Origin: Candidatus Eiseniibacteriota bacterium | Lineage (GTDB): Bacteria; Eisenbacteria; RBG-16-71-46; CAIMUX01; VGJL01 | Assembly (NCBI GenBank): GCA_041946735.1 | Contig: JBHGAY010000008.1 | Coordinates: 1 to 64,000 of the forward strand | Direction of reading: 5' to 3' | Length of the DNA stretch: 64,000 bases | Made by a program: the position numbers and the translations under genes | The notes under the pieces: generated by a model | What the model was told of the DNA's origin: nothing | Databases searched by the model: none | The model's input: the letters and a program-made list of their open reading frames with translations, nothing else | Shown: one piece after another, positions 62,601 through 64,000 of the stretch | Numbering within the stretch: the stretch's first letter is position 1 | Layout of the letters: every line of letters begins with the position of its first letter

Positions 62601-64000
62601 AGCTCTCCGAGATTTCGATCCATCGTCCCGTCTTCGCGACGGTCATGAGTCTCGCGATCCTCCTCTTCGGGGTGATCTCGTTCCTGCGGCTGCCGGTCCG
62701 CGAGTATCCCGACATCGATCCGCCGATCGTCTCGATCACGACGTTCTATCGGGGCGCGAGCCCGAGCGTGGTCGAGACGGAGATCACCAACGTGCTCGAG
62801 GAGCAGCTCGCGACGATCGAGGGGGTCAAGACCCTGACCTCGTCGAGCCGCGAGCAGGGATCGGTCATCACGATCGAGTTCGAGCTGGGGCGCGATGTCG
62901 ACGAAGCGTCGAACGACGTCCGCGACCGCGTCTCGCGCGTGCGTAGCTCGCTCCCGCGCGAGGCGGATGATCCGGTCGTCGCCAAGATCGACGCCGACGC
63001 CCAGCCGATCTTCTGGATCGCGCTCTCGAGCGAGCGGCACGATGGGCTGGAGCTGAGCGACGTGGCCGATCGGATTCTGAAGGAGCGCGTGCAGAGGCTG
63101 CCGGGCGTCGGATCGGTCATCATCGGCGGCGAGCGCCGCTACGCGATGCGCGTCTGGCTCGATCCGATGCGGATGGCGGCGCACGGGCTCACGACCCAGG
63201 ACGTCGAGCGGGCGATCGCCGCCGAGAACGCGGAGATCCCGGGAGGCCGCGTCGAGGGGAGCGAGCGCGAGTTCTCGGTCCGCACGCGTGGAGACCTGCG
63301 GACGCCCGAGGAGTTCGGCGCGATCATCGTCTCGCAGAAGGGGAACGAGGCGGTGCACCTCGACGACATTGCCGAGGTGTCGGTCGGGGCGGAGGACGAG
63401 CGCACGGTGGCCCGCTTCCTCGGCAAGCAGGCGGTGGGATTGGGGATCGTGAAGCAGTCGACGGCCAGCACGCTCGACGTCGCGCGCGAGGTGCGCGACG
63501 CGATCCCGAGCCTGCAGGCGGCGCTCCCGGAGGGGATGACGCTGAACGTCGCCTACGACTCCTCCATCTTCATCACCGAGTCGATCCACGAGGTGCGCGA
63601 CACGCTCCTGATCGCCGCCTGTCTGGTGATCCTCGTGATCCTCGTGTTCCTGAAGAGCGTGCGCGCGACCACGATCCCGACGATGGCGATCCCCGTCTCG
63701 ATCGTCGGCGCGTTCGCCGTCGCCTACTTCCTCGGATTCACCGTGAACATCCTGACGCTGCTCGCCCTCGTGCTCGCGATCGGGCTCGTCGTCGACGACG
63801 CGATCGTGATGCTCGAGAACATCTTCCGCCATCTCGAGATGGGGAAGTCCCGCCGGCAGGCGGCGCTCGACGGGGCGAAGGAGATCGGCTTCGCCGTCGT
63901 CGCGACGACGATCGCGCTCGTCGCCGTCTTCATCCCGGTCGCGTTTCTGACCGGCACGGTCGGCCGCCTCTTTCGCGAGTTCGGGATCACCGTCGCCGTA
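62597..64000 (+). CDS. RND efflux permease (AcrB/MdtBC-like), 3'-truncated by the window edge
   Basis: Translated by hand: MKLSEISIHRPVFATVMSL...LPVREYPDID...YRGASP.VVE...AIGLVVDDAIVMLENI. Absent from the ORF track because there is no stop inside the window. Confidence 0.95.
   Translation, partial: MKLSEISIHRPVFATVMSLAILLFGVISFLRLPVREYPDIDPPIVSITTFYRGASPSVVETEITNVLEEQLATIEGVKTLTSSSREQGSVITIEFELGRDVDEASNDVRDRVSRVRSSLPREADDPVVAKIDADAQPIFWIALSSERHDGLELSDVADRILKERVQRLPGVGSVIIGGERRYAMRVWLDPMRMAAHGLTTQDVERAIAAENAEIPGGRVEGSEREFSVRTRGDLRTPEEFGAIIVSQKGNEAVHLDDIAEVSVGAEDERTVARFLGKQAVGLGIVKQSTASTLDVAREVRDAIPSLQAALPEGMTLNVAYDSSIFITESIHEVRDTLLIAACLVILVILVFLKSVRATTIPTMAIPVSIVGAFAVAYFLGFTVNILTLLALVLAIGLVVDDAIVMLENIFRHLEMGKSRRQAALDGAKEIGFAVVATTIALVAVFIPVAFLTGTVGRLFREFGITVAV

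Noticed and set aside
1..64000. Numerous long R/A/P/G-rich overlapping ORFs in the track (e.g. 38016-40592 -, 25998-28448 +, 24285-26600 -)
   Set aside because: Typical stop-poor shadow frames of high-GC DNA overlapping well-supported genes, with no recognisable motifs.
1..64000. tRNA/rRNA genes, IS elements, prophage, defence islands
   Set aside because: I recognised no cloverleaf or rRNA signatures, transposase/integrase motifs, terminal inverted repeats or compositional shift by eye. Short RNAs could have been missed.

Overview
High-GC bacterial chromosomal window of about 53 mostly housekeeping and envelope genes. I found no rRNA, tRNA, CRISPR array, integrase or transposase. Recognisable genes: metG, argS, ychF, a thiH-like radical SAM gene, a PBP1B-like gene (mrcB), a polar amino-acid ABC transporter, a TolC/MFP/RND efflux operon (truncated at the window end), a two-component pair and five M16 peptidase genes. 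The standout signal is a hidden secreted selenoprotein candidate at 58371-59453. Two ORF-track fragments lie in the same frame, joined by an in-frame TGA at the first Cys position of a thioredoxin-like W-U-x-x-C motif, and a SECIS-like hairpin follows immediately. The protein has a signal peptide, an Omp28-like domain and a T9SS/FlgD-type C-terminal domain. Also notable: a four-gene uncharacterised membrane cluster (DUF6754-like) behind metG, several leaderless-type promoters, an orphan hydrogenase-protease homologue, proteins with mixed-charge disordered tails, and many short intergenic tandem duplications. All family calls come from motif recognition by eye, not from database searches.
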